This document shows positions 45,829 to 54,556 of a stretch of 55,154 bases of DNA, in pieces. The position numbers and the translations under genes were made by a program. Origin of the DNA: Candidatus Woesebacteria bacterium (GTDB taxonomy: Bacteria; Patescibacteriota; Microgenomatia; UBA10105; UBA927); the NCBI GenBank assembly GCA_044223895.1, contig JBGALL010000003.1:1-55154 (forward strand), written 5' to 3'. A model generated the notes under the pieces. That model was given only the letters and a program-made list of their open reading frames with translations. It did no database searches and was not told the origin of the DNA. Numbering within the stretch: the stretch's first letter is position 1; each line of letters begins with the position of its first letter.

Positions 45829-47031
45829 ATGAGTTACCAACCGTCGGACGCAATGTTAGAAAAATATTCACGGGTTTTGATTGATTTCGCTCTCGGTGGT
45901 GGAACAGGAATTAAATCCCGAGAGGTTGTTTTTCTCCAGGTACCAGAGTGCGCTAAACCGATGTTAGTTCATATGCGTCGAGCGGTACTTAAATCCGGAG
46001 GATTTCCTATCATTCAATATCTCCCTGACGATATGTCACGAGATTTCTTTGAACTAGCATCAGATGAACAATTAGCTTTTTTCCCAGATAAGTTTCTCAA
46101 AGCCAAAGTAGATCAAATGGATCATGTTGTACATATCCTGGCGGAAACTGATAAGCATGAATTAGAAGGTATTGCGCCTCAGAAATTAATGATTAGTCAA
46201 CGAGCCATGAAGCCTTATAAAGAATGGCGCGATGAAAAAGAAACAGCAGGCAAAATGACCTGGACACTCGGTTTATATGGAACTGAAGCCATGGCGAAAG
46301 AAGTAAAGATGACCCTGAAAGAATACTGGGATCAGATTATAGCGGCATGTTACCTCGATGATCCTGACCCTATTGCGACCTGGAAAAAAACGGCTGCCGA
46401 AGTCGAGAGACTAAAACATACTCTCAATGATTTGCAGATAGAATCTGTAAGAGTCGAAGCTAAAGATACCGATATTGTGGTTGGCTTAGGAAAAAATCGT
46501 CAATGGATGGGTGGATCAGGAAGAAATATCCCTAGTTTTGAAGTGTTTATCTCCCCTGATTGGCGAAAGACACATGGGAAAATTCGTTTTACTGAGCCAT
46601 TGTATAGTTATGGAAATTTAATAAAAGATGTAACGCTAGAGTTTGAACACGGACGAGTTGTCAAAGCCTCAGCCAAAAAAGGCGAAGAAGTATTGCAAGA
46701 AATGATCAAAGTTGAAAATGCCGACAAGATTGGAGAATTTTCTTTGACAGATTCACGACTTTCACGAATAACCAAATTTATGGGAGAAACCCTATTTGAT
46801 GAAAATGTTGGTGGTCGATACGGAAATACTCATATGGCTTTAGGATCTGCTTACAAAGACGCGTATCCCGGAGATGCTTCGGAAGTAACCGAAACAGGCT
46901 GGAAAGAGATGGGATACAATGAATCAGTAGTTCATACAGATATCGTAGCCACTTCCGATAGAACAGTTACCGCTACCTTACCTTCGGGTGAGAAAAAAGT
47001 TATTTATACAGACGGTAAGTTTACCGTATAA
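45829..47031 (+). CDS. aminopeptidase, M29 (AmpS/PepS) family
   Basis: 400 aa. LEKYSRVLIDFAL..., FDENVGGRYGNTHMALG and ESVVHTDIV fit the M29 thermophilic metalloprotease family. Confidence 0.8.
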   Translation: MSYQPSDAMLEKYSRVLIDFALGGGTGIKSREVVFLQVPECAKPMLVHMRRAVLKSGGFPIIQYLPDDMSRDFFELASDEQLAFFPDKFLKAKVDQMDHVVHILAETDKHELEGIAPQKLMISQRAMKPYKEWRDEKETAGKMTWTLGLYGTEAMAKEVKMTLKEYWDQIIAACYLDDPDPIATWKKTAAEVERLKHTLNDLQIESVRVEAKDTDIVVGLGKNRQWMGGSGRNIPSFEVFISPDWRKTHGKIRFTEPLYSYGNLIKDVTLEFEHGRVVKASAKKGEEVLQEMIKVENADKIGEFSLTDSRLSRITKFMGETLFDENVGGRYGNTHMALGSAYKDAYPGDASEVTETGWKEMGYNESVVHTDIVATSDRTVTATLPSGEKKVIYTDGKFTV

Positions 47032-47103
47032 AACATTAATTTTATCCATTTTTGAACAAACAACCGTTTTACAGTTGTCGATTCACCTAATCGTCCGAAA
47101 TTA

Positions 47104-48333
47104 CTACCTATTAGGAAAACTTCGGTATGCTTCTTTTTTTTGTTCTACAAAGGTAAGTGCGACACCAGCATTATTGGCTCTACCAGTACGACCAATTCTG
47201 TGAATGTAATCGTCATAGTTTTCGGGTGGATCATAGTTTATAACATGAGTTACATTTTGAATATCCAACCCTCGTGAGGCAACATCAGTAGCTAAAAGGA
47301 TCCGAACTTTATCTCGTTTAAAATCTTCTATAGCCCGCTCTCGCTGATTTTGTCTTTTATTACCATGGATAGAGGTAACTTTAAATCCACGATCATACAA
47401 AGCTTTTGACAATTTCTCTATACCCCATTTGGTACGTCCGAAAACAATAACTTTTTTAAATTCTTCCTTAATAAGGAGTTCGTGCAACTTATCCAGTTTT
47501 TGACTTGGATCTGTTACAGGAATTATATTCTGTTCTATGTGGGCTGCTGTAGCTCGCTTTTTTACAGAGATTGTTATTGGATTTTTAACAAAAGATGCGA
47601 GTACTTCATCTGTTTCCTGTGTAGTCGTGGCAGAAAAGAACAGCGATTGACGTTGAGAAGGTAAGAGTGAAATAAGATACTTCACTATACCTATAAACCC
47701 AATATCAACCATACGATCAACTTCATCGAGAACAACAGTCTGAAAATCAGATAAGTGTAATCTTCTTCTTTCGATCAAATCTTTTAATCTTCCAGGTGTC
47801 CCAATAACAAACTGTGGTTGTCTTGAGAGATCTTTCTCTTGCCAGTACATACTATCTCCACCAATACACAAAGCTCCTTTTAAGGGATATCCGATTGCAA
47901 ATCCCTTTAATTCATCCTTGATTTGTGTAGCCAATTCTCGAGTTGGTGCAATAATTAATACCTTCTGTGTTGGATCACTCATTACTTTATGGAGTAACGG
48001 AATCAAGAAGGCTGCAGTTTTACCTGTCCCTGTATTTGCTATTCCAATAACATCTTTTCCTTCAAGCACAACAGGTATCACTTGATCCTGAATAGGTGTT
48101 GGCTGAGTATATTGTTTTGAGGCAATATTTTGTTTTATTCTGTCATCGATTGCAAAATCAGTGAACATATATTTTGGTTGATACTGTTCTTCCTCTATTG
48201 GTGCCACTGCTTTTTGAATATACATTCGGTGATCCACCCCATTTGTTTTACGAGCTGGACGGCGGCCAGAAAAGCGCCGATTTTGTGATTGCCCTGATTG
48301 ATTACGGGGACGATACCGTGCTGAGTTATACAT
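47104..48333 (-). CDS. DEAD-box ATP-dependent RNA helicase
   Basis: 409 aa. Q motif YTQPTPIQ, motif I NTGTGKTAAF, motif II VLDEVD, motif III SAT, motif VI HRIGRTGRA. Basic Arg-rich N-terminal tail. Confidence 0.9.
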   Translation of the reverse strand: MYNSARYRPRNQSGQSQNRRFSGRRPARKTNGVDHRMYIQKAVAPIEEEQYQPKYMFTDFAIDDRIKQNIASKQYTQPTPIQDQVIPVVLEGKDVIGIANTGTGKTAAFLIPLLHKVMSDPTQKVLIIAPTRELATQIKDELKGFAIGYPLKGALCIGGDSMYWQEKDLSRQPQFVIGTPGRLKDLIERRRLHLSDFQTVVLDEVDRMVDIGFIGIVKYLISLLPSQRQSLFFSATTTQETDEVLASFVKNPITISVKKRATAAHIEQNIIPVTDPSQKLDKLHELLIKEEFKKVIVFGRTKWGIEKLSKALYDRGFKVTSIHGNKRQNQRERAIEDFKRDKVRILLATDVASRGLDIQNVTHVINYDPPENYDDYIHRIGRTGRANNAGVALTFVEQKKEAYRSFPNR

Positions 48334-48618
48334 AGTGTTTTTCAGAGGTACCTATAATTACCCATTTCAGAAATGGAAAAACTATAGAACATCTGTATTA
48401 AATTTGAAAGAAAGAATAGGTTCAAAGAGGAATGCTCTTATGAAGAGCTTAACAATAGAGGTACTTAAAAAAGAAGTAACGTCACTACAAAAAGCTCACA
48501 TTCTTATGTTCAATATCACCATCATAACAGAAGCTGTCATTGATGTCAAACTACTATAGGGCTTTGTAGCTAGGTAACGATAGCTCACGAGAGCGATATT
48601 CGCTATACTAGAAAAATT

Positions 48619-49284
48619 ATGAATGTACGGATGGAACCTTCATGGAAAAAAGCTTTAGAAATTGAATTCGAGAAAGACTATTTTCAGAAATTAACCAGCT
48701 TTGTAAAGGAAAGTTATCAAAACAGTACAATTTACCCACCACCCAAACAAATTTTCGCGGCTTTTGATGAAACCCCTTTTGATAAAGTTCGTGTAGTGAT
48801 CTTGGGACAAGATCCCTACCATGGTCCTGGTCAAGCAAATGGGTTGGCATTTTCTGTGAACGATAATGTTGGACTGCCCCCATCACTTCTCAATATTTAT
48901 AAGGAGATAGCCAAAGAATATGGTATTCCCGTAGATAGGTCCAAAGGAAACCTCAAACGTTGGGCTACTCAAGGAGTTCTCTTAATGAATGCAACGTTGA
49001 CCGTTCAAGCACATACACCGGGATCACATCAGAAAAAAGGCTGGGAAGAATTTACTGATGCAGCGATAAAGCTCTTATCAGACAAAAAAGACCATCTCGT
49101 TTTCTTACTTTGGGGAGCGTATGCACAGAAAAAAGGTTCAATTATTGATTCCACCAAACACTTAGTTCTTAGTTCAGCTCATCCGTCTCCATTTTCTGCA
49201 GACAGAGGTTTTTTTGGTAACAATCACTTCAAAAAAACCAACGACTATCTCCAAAACCACGGAGAAATTCCAATTCAATGGTAG
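48619..49284 (+). CDS. ung: uracil-DNA glycosylase, family 1
   Basis: 221 aa. VVILGQDPYHGPGQANGLAFSV and SAHPSPFSA motifs. Confidence 0.92.
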   Translation: MNVRMEPSWKKALEIEFEKDYFQKLTSFVKESYQNSTIYPPPKQIFAAFDETPFDKVRVVILGQDPYHGPGQANGLAFSVNDNVGLPPSLLNIYKEIAKEYGIPVDRSKGNLKRWATQGVLLMNATLTVQAHTPGSHQKKGWEEFTDAAIKLLSDKKDHLVFLLWGAYAQKKGSIIDSTKHLVLSSAHPSPFSADRGFFGNNHFKKTNDYLQNHGEIPIQW

Positions 49285-49886
49285 GTTAACAAACTGCTGA
49301 TATCTCGAAGTTCTTGTTCACTTATCTGATGGCCAGTTGGATAAGTCTTTACAGTCAGTTGGGCATTATTGCTTTTTAAGGTTTGTATAACTAATTCCTG
49401 ATCTGAAGATGATACCAAAGGATCATCGTCACCCATAGTTACGATAATTCTATGACTTGCTAAAGGTATTACCTCCTTAGGAACGAAAGGTAACATAGGA
49501 TGAAGTAAAAATACATTTTTCATTACCTGAGGATAATAAAACAAGGTTGATAGGAGAATATTCGCACCATTTGAATACCCTAAAAAACTGGTCATCCGTT
49601 GAGGATGTTCCTCTTTCCACCAAAGGATAAATTGATTCAACTTGTCAGATTCTTCTTTAATACTCTCTTGATCAAATACACCAGGTGAGCTACGTTTAAA
49701 AAATCTTCTCATACCCTCTTCACTTACATTTCCTTGAAGTCCTACTAGATTGTATTGGTCATGAAGCAGTGATCGTAAGAAAAGAAAATCGCTTTTTGTA
49801 CCACCTGTACCATGAAAGAGAAACAAATCTCTCGGTGCTTGGCAATCAACATATATATAATCAAATAAGGATTGTTTGCTATCCAT
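49275..49886 (-). CDS. alpha/beta hydrolase, phospholipase/carboxylesterase family (MhqD-like)
   Basis: 203 aa. FLFHGTGG and the nucleophile elbow GYSNGAN. 3 nt downstream of the dioxygenase gene. Confidence 0.7.
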   Translation of the reverse strand: MDSKQSLFDYIYVDCQAPRDLFLFHGTGGTKSDFLFLRSLLHDQYNLVGLQGNVSEEGMRRFFKRSSPGVFDQESIKEESDKLNQFILWWKEEHPQRMTSFLGYSNGANILLSTLFYYPQVMKNVFLLHPMLPFVPKEVIPLASHRIIVTMGDDDPLVSSSDQELVIQTLKSNNAQLTVKTYPTGHQISEQELRDISSLLTYH

Positions 49887-49889
49887 ATA

Positions 49890-50828
49890 TCATTCACTAG
49901 GCAAAGGACTTATATGAGCTTCTATAAACGCTCTCTCCGGTTCTAAGAACGGTGGTAACGATAATCGTTTCCCCAATTGTGCTTCCGACTCATCTGCTGT
50001 AAAACCTGGGCCATCAGTAGCTATTTCAAATAAAATCCCGGCTGGAGTTCGATAGTACACAGATTGAAAATAAAAACGGTTTATAACCTCTGTTGGAAAG
50101 AGTCCCAAGGCTATGACAGCGTTTCTAAATTCTTGCTGTTGTTGGGTATCTTTAGCTCGAAAGGCTATATGATGAACTGTTCCGGCAGCATTAACTCCAT
50201 CAGCCATAGAGGGATGTTCACTGACCTCGATATATTTAGCTCGCTTTGATTCACTGACCTCAAACAGATGAATATTCCCTTCGGAAGCAATTTGTTTATA
50301 TCCGTAAACATTTGATAATACTGGTTCAATTGATGATAAGCTTAGAACACTCAAAGTAGCTGAGTAAAAATTTCTAATCGCCTGTAGCTCAGTTATTTCG
50401 GATGTCGTCCATACTGTTGATGAGTCAATTTCGTTAGGCAAAACTCCAACTAGTTCCAGTTTCTGATCATCAAAGTCATAAAATATGAGTCTTTGACGAC
50501 CAAAACGTTCAGAAATATCTTCATGTTTAACCTCGAGATTATTGAAACGTTGTTTCCAAAATTCTAATGAATCAATTGGAACAGCCAATGAGATAGTGGT
50601 AACCAATCCTTTTCCTCGAAGTCCCATGTAGGATGGAAGGAAAATAAAAAAGGTAAGATCCATACCTGGATCTCCGTGTCGGTCACCAAAAAATAAATGA
50701 TAGGTTTCAATATCATCCTGGTTTACTGTTTTCTTTACTAACCGCAGACCCAACACTTTGGTGTAAAAATCAAGGGTTTTCTTAGCATTCGAAGCAATAG
50801 CGGTGATGTGATGAATTCCTTGTGTCAT
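49890..50828 (-). CDS. ring-cleaving dioxygenase, two-module VOC (glyoxalase/bleomycin-resistance) family (MhqO/YfiE-like)
   Basis: 312 aa. GIHHITAIASNAKKTLDFYTKVLGLRLVKKTVN and a second module GTVHHIAFRA. Confidence 0.8.
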   Translation of the reverse strand: MTQGIHHITAIASNAKKTLDFYTKVLGLRLVKKTVNQDDIETYHLFFGDRHGDPGMDLTFFIFLPSYMGLRGKGLVTTISLAVPIDSLEFWKQRFNNLEVKHEDISERFGRQRLIFYDFDDQKLELVGVLPNEIDSSTVWTTSEITELQAIRNFYSATLSVLSLSSIEPVLSNVYGYKQIASEGNIHLFEVSESKRAKYIEVSEHPSMADGVNAAGTVHHIAFRAKDTQQQQEFRNAVIALGLFPTEVINRFYFQSVYYRTPAGILFEIATDGPGFTADESEAQLGKRLSLPPFLEPERAFIEAHISPLPSE

Positions 50829-50916
50829 AGTCTCATTATATCAATGAAAGCGTTTCGACAATGAGCCAACAGTGCTAATGATCTCATAAAACTCAAACTA
50901 TAGTATACTATTACGT

Positions 50917-51246
50917 ATGTTATCTCAAAAACATTGTGTTCCCTGTGAAGGTGGAACTACACCTTTAGACAAACAAAAAATAGAGATGTATCTCCCCGTT
51001 GTTCCTGATTGGCGGGTATCAAGTGATGAAAAATCTATTCTCCGTTCGTTTAGGTTTAAGGATTTTAAAACAACTTTGAAATTTGTAAATCTTGTCGGTG
51101 AAATTGCTGAAACAGAAGGCCATCATCCAGATCTCAATCTCCATGACTGGAACAAACTAGACATTACCCTCTCAACTCATGCCATTGGTGGGTTATCAGA
51201 AAATGATTTTATTCTGGCTGCAAAAATTAATGCGTTACCTTTGTAA
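50917..51246 (+). CDS. 4a-hydroxytetrahydrobiopterin dehydratase (PCD/DCoH)
   Basis: 109 aa. CVPCEGG...EGHHPDL...W motif set. Confidence 0.85.
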   Translation: MLSQKHCVPCEGGTTPLDKQKIEMYLPVVPDWRVSSDEKSILRSFRFKDFKTTLKFVNLVGEIAETEGHHPDLNLHDWNKLDITLSTHAIGGLSENDFILAAKINALPL

Positions 51247-51254
51247 ATTCGTCT

Positions 51255-51647
51255 ATGAAATTACCCTATATATTTCTGTCCTTAGCAGTTGTAGTCCTGA
51301 TCGGGTTGGTGGGACTAGTTTTCGTTCTGCGTTTGAATAAAGTAAGTACAAATATTGATAATAATCCTCTCAATCCTACCCCCACAACTGTGCTCAATCG
51401 AGAAGACCAATGTAGAAAAAATATCCAATCGGATAACTTATTATTCGAAGATCAACTAAATACTGCTCTAAAAACCTGTCAGGGGACTCAGATCTGTACC
51501 TATAATGACTTTAGAATGTATTCCCAGGCCAATGGCAGATATTTCCCTGACTGGCGTTCAGAAGACTATATGAAAATAAAAGTCCAAGAATGTTTAGAAC
51601 ATTGGCCAACGCCAACTTTGACAGCAACTTCATCAGCTAATTTTTAA
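51255..51647 (+). CDS. membrane-anchored Cys-containing hypothetical protein
   Basis: 130 aa with an N-terminal TM helix and four Cys in the ectodomain. No motif. Confidence 0.4.
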   Translation: MKLPYIFLSLAVVVLIGLVGLVFVLRLNKVSTNIDNNPLNPTPTTVLNREDQCRKNIQSDNLLFEDQLNTALKTCQGTQICTYNDFRMYSQANGRYFPDWRSEDYMKIKVQECLEHWPTPTLTATSSANF

Positions 51648-52075
51648 GTATGGTTTAGGTAGGAACTTAGCATGATTTTTCTTACAATGTAATACACTAA
51701 AATTGTTACAGAGAATAACGACATAACGAATGGATCCAGGAAAAGAGCTCCAATTACCATTGTAAAAAAAGTCGAAAAAAAGAATGCTATTTTATTCGCT
51801 TTCAGAATTTGTAGATATTCCCGCTCATCAAGATTACTATCCTCTATTCCAATAGTAAGATACATAATAAACAGAATAGTAAGTATCGAAATAACGACAC
51901 CAATCCAAGAGTCAGACCCACCATTTGTTATAGTTTCGTTAAACGGTAGTTCTTTTGGCCATTTATCCTTGATATTAGAAACTACACTTATCCCGTAAAT
52001 TACAATCAGAAGTAAAGAGTCACGTTTAAACAAACCTACAGCTTTGTCCACAAGTTTATTGTCTAGTAATTTCAT
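51644..52075 (-). CDS. small polytopic membrane protein, unknown function
   Basis: 143 aa, 3-4 TM helices. 4-nt overlap with the upstream XRE regulator gene. Confidence 0.5.
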   Translation of the reverse strand: MKLLDNKLVDKAVGLFKRDSLLLIVIYGISVVSNIKDKWPKELPFNETITNGGSDSWIGVVISILTILFIMYLTIGIEDSNLDEREYLQILKANKIAFFFSTFFTMVIGALFLDPFVMSLFSVTILVYYIVRKIMLSSYLNHT

Positions 52076-52329
52076 GATGAATTCCTTTCGAGTATAAATA
52101 GGTCGTTAATATCCAACTCAAAAATTTCTGCTATCTGAAGCGCTAAAAATAGAGATGGTATATATTTTCCCGTTTCAATAAACAAAATTGTTTGTCGACT
52201 CACCCCTACACGCCTGGCTAGATCTTCTTGTGTGAGGTTATGTCTTGCTCGAGCTTCCTTCACTCTGTTTATCAAAACATAATCTTCTTTGTTAACTTCA
52301 TTTAACATTGTGTTAAGTTTACTTAACAT
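52072..52329 (-). CDS. XRE-family helix-turn-helix transcriptional regulator
   Basis: 85 aa. LTQEDLARRVGVSRQTILFIETGKYIPSLFLALQIAEIF is a canonical HTH_3 segment. AAAGGTG RBS. Confidence 0.85.
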   Translation of the reverse strand: MLSKLNTMLNEVNKEDYVLINRVKEARARHNLTQEDLARRVGVSRQTILFIETGKYIPSLFLALQIAEIFELDINDLFILERNSS

Positions 52330-52352
52330 TTACACCTTTGTCAATTGATGTA

Positions 52353-52406
52353 TTGACAGGTAAACGATCGTTTACTATATTAGATTTAAAGTAAACAAAA
52401 GTTTAC
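52353..52406 (+). promoter_or_regulatory. sigma70-type promoter with two GTAAAC-N4-GTTTAC palindromic operators
   Basis: TTGACA (52353-52358), a 17-nt spacer, then TATATT (52376-52381). The perfect 16-bp palindrome GTAAACGATCGTTTAC (52360-52375) fills the spacer. A second copy, GTAAACAAAAGTTTAC, is at 52391-52406. Confidence 0.55.
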
Positions 52407-52437
52407 TGAATATTGAAACTTGCCCACCCATATATCT

Positions 52438-52605
52438 ATGAAATATAAAAAATCAGACATATTTAGCCCAGCGTATTTGCGTTGGAAAAAGCAATTAACT
52501 GCTTTAAAACATAACGATCTCCACACTGTCAAAGAGTTAGCTCAAGAAGCTCATGAGTACTTTCGGTTACAAAAACCCGGTAGCGTACAAATGCGATTAT
52601 CTTAA
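52438..52605 (+). CDS. possible 55-aa protein between operator region and lexA
   Basis: ORF MKYKKSDIFSPAYLRWKKQLTALKHNDLHTVKELAQEAHEYFRLQKPGSVQMRLS (the track opens it at TTG 52420). It ends 7 nt before lexA. No motif. Confidence 0.3.
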   Translation: MKYKKSDIFSPAYLRWKKQLTALKHNDLHTVKELAQEAHEYFRLQKPGSVQMRLS

Positions 52606-52612
52606 ATAGAGT

Positions 52613-53182
52613 ATGAATATTGATACTATAACCACTACAATTCGCAATTTTTACAGAGAATATAAGAGACTTCCCTCTTATCAAGAAATATGTACCTTGT
52701 TTGGTTATGCTTCCAAGCGGTCAGCGCACCAGCTTATGCAAAAATTAGTTGACGCTGGAGTTGTTGAAAAAGATGAGAAAGGACATTTTATCCCGATAAA
52801 AATGAATTTTTCTTTGCCAGTTCTTGGTTCTATTCAAGCAGGATATCCTACTACTGCTGATGAGCAATATTTTGGCAATCTTTCCTTAGAAGAGTATGTC
52901 GTCCCTAATCCATTAAAATCTTATATTTTACAGGTAAAAGGCGATTCTATGGTTGATGCCGGAATTAATACAGGAGATTTTGTTATAGTTCAGGAATGCG
53001 AAACTCCAAAAAACGGTGATATCGTCGTAGCCCAAATGGATGGTGAATTTACCCTCAAATACTTTAAAAAAATCCCTAATGGTATTTCTCTGATCCCTGC
53101 GAACAAAAAATATCCTGAATTTTTTCCCAAAGAAAGTCTGCGTATTTTTGGTAAAGTTGTTTCCGTTATTCGAAAATATTAA
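52613..53182 (+). CDS. lexA: LexA-like repressor (winged-HTH + S24 self-cleaving peptidase)
   Basis: 189 aa. The cleavage-site region LPVLGSIQAGYPT has the AG dipeptide. VKGDSMVDAGINTGDFVIV carries the catalytic Ser, and GEFTLKYF the Lys region. Confidence 0.85.
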   Translation: MNIDTITTTIRNFYREYKRLPSYQEICTLFGYASKRSAHQLMQKLVDAGVVEKDEKGHFIPIKMNFSLPVLGSIQAGYPTTADEQYFGNLSLEEYVVPNPLKSYILQVKGDSMVDAGINTGDFVIVQECETPKNGDIVVAQMDGEFTLKYFKKIPNGISLIPANKKYPEFFPKESLRIFGKVVSVIRKY

Positions 53183-53224
53183 ATCATAGTTCGGTACAGA
53201 TACTAGGACAAAATTCTTGTGTTC

Positions 53225-53252
53225 TCGCCCTGTACCCCAGGGTACGGGGCGA
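53225..53252 (+). terminator. GC-rich hairpin downstream of lexA
   Basis: TCGCCCTGTACC-CCAG-GGTACGGGGCGA forms a 12-bp stem with one G-U pair. No clear U-tract, so terminator function is uncertain. Confidence 0.4.
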
Positions 53253-53268
53253 ACTCAGAATTATTATT

Positions 53269-53463
53269 ATGATCATTGATATCTTATTATTCAGTTTGGG
53301 AGTAATCTATAGTATTGGGAAAATTTTAGGTCTATTGTTCCCTAGTTTTCTCCTTTGGATTCAGGCAAACATGCTGTCTACAACTGTTGGCATAGTTATT
53401 GGTGGATTTCTTTCGTATACAATTTTTAAATATAAATATAGGAAATGGACACGAACAATCTAG
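53269..53463 (+). CDS. small two-TM membrane protein
   Basis: 64 aa, two hydrophobic helices, basic C-terminus. Confidence 0.4.
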   Translation: MIIDILLFSLGVIYSIGKILGLLFPSFLLWIQANMLSTTVGIVIGGFLSYTIFKYKYRKWTRTI

Positions 53464-53500
53464 TTGATTTTTTATCTATAGTTCCTTAGTATAATTCTAT

Positions 53501-53563
53501 ATGGCTGAAAGAAATACCAAACCAAAAAAGGAAAAGAAAAAGCCAAAACAGAAAAAGAAATAG
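53501..53563 (+). other. 20-codon Lys-rich mini-ORF (MAERNTKPKKEKKKPKQKKK)
   Basis: ATG..TAG read by hand. TATAAT at 53490-53495 lies 5 nt before the ATG, so a leaderless transcript is possible. The tract could equally be a non-coding A-rich spacer. Confidence 0.2.
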
Positions 53564-53576
53564 CTTTTCTGTTTTG
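53544..53576 (+). other. perfect 12-bp A/U-rich hairpin spanning the mini-ORF stop
   Basis: CAAAACAGAAAA (53544-53555) pairs with TTTTCTGTTTTG (53565-53576) around a 9-nt loop. It lies 50 nt upstream of the ATP-grasp start. Confidence 0.45.
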
Positions 53577-53626
53577 AAATCTCCAACACGTTTTACTGTC
53601 TAATGTGTTGTATCTTTAAATAATTT

Positions 53627-54490
53627 GTGACAAAACAACGTGTTGCTTTTGTAACATATTCTGACGATCCATCACTGAGTAAGAGTGATAAGCTTCTTGC
53701 AGATCATCTACGTTCCCAAGGTTTTTCTGTAGAAGCTACTGCTTGGGATAGTGCTGAAGTGAATTGGGAACTATTTGATACCCTCATCCTCCGTTCTTGT
53801 TGGAACTACCATCTACATGTCGATGCATTTTCAGAATGGCTAACTATTATGGAAGAACGGCAAAAAAAAGTTTGGAATCCCTATGATACTATTCGTTGGA
53901 ATTTGAATAAATCGTATCTGTTGGATTTGGAATCAAAACATATTCCGATAATACCCACTACGATTCTCCCTAAAGGATCTACTCTATCACTCGAAAATAT
54001 CTTTGAAGAAATGAACATCGATGAAATTGTATTAAAGCCCACAATTGGAGCATCCGCACACGGTGTTTACAAAATCCATCGAAATTCTCAACAAGCAAAA
54101 GAAGCAGATATACAAACTCTACTCCAGCAGAATGACACTATCGTTCAACCATTTATACCTGAGGTCACTAAAGGTGAACTTTCATTAATATTTATAGGCA
54201 AGCATTTTTCTCATGCGGTCCTAAAAAAACCACCAAGAAACGAATTTAGAACAAATCGACACTTTTCATCTGAGGAAACTCTTTTTAGACCTGATGACGA
54301 TATCATCGATCAGGCATCAAAGGTCCTCCATCAGTGCAGTGTAGATATCCTCTATGCTAGGGTCGACGGGGTGATTATTCAAAATCGGTTTACCTTAATG
54401 GAATTAGAATTGATAGAACCTCATTTATTTTTTGATCTCTATCCACAGGGGGTCAACCTATTTACTCAAAGATTTTTATCTTTGTCGTAA
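53627..54490 (+). CDS. ATP-grasp domain protein (RimK/glutathione-synthetase-like ligase)
   Basis: 287 aa from a GTG start. Pre-ATP-grasp N-domain, then IVLKPTIGASAHGVYKI, IVQPFIPEV...GELSLIF and LYARVDGV...LMELELIEP. Confidence 0.7.
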   Translation: MTKQRVAFVTYSDDPSLSKSDKLLADHLRSQGFSVEATAWDSAEVNWELFDTLILRSCWNYHLHVDAFSEWLTIMEERQKKVWNPYDTIRWNLNKSYLLDLESKHIPIIPTTILPKGSTLSLENIFEEMNIDEIVLKPTIGASAHGVYKIHRNSQQAKEADIQTLLQQNDTIVQPFIPEVTKGELSLIFIGKHFSHAVLKKPPRNEFRTNRHFSSEETLFRPDDDIIDQASKVLHQCSVDILYARVDGVIIQNRFTLMELELIEPHLFFDLYPQGVNLFTQRFLSLS

Positions 54491-54556
54491 CCTAACTCTA
54501 CTACCAACTACTCTGACACTGCGTTCTCGAAATAAAGATTTCTTGTTATTTGACAG

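Noticed and set aside
47032-47103. Terminator between the convergent aminopeptidase and helicase genes
   Set aside because: Only a 5-bp ACAAC/GTTGT stem with a 9-nt loop and no U-tract, which is too weak to report.
48335-48559. 74-aa ORF in the 285-bp spacer between the DEAD-box helicase and ung
   Set aside because: It has no RBS, no motif and a composition typical of AT-rich spacer. The region is more likely the long 5' leader or promoter of the helicase gene. Small hairpins there (AGCGA-TAT-TCGCT) are too weak to call.
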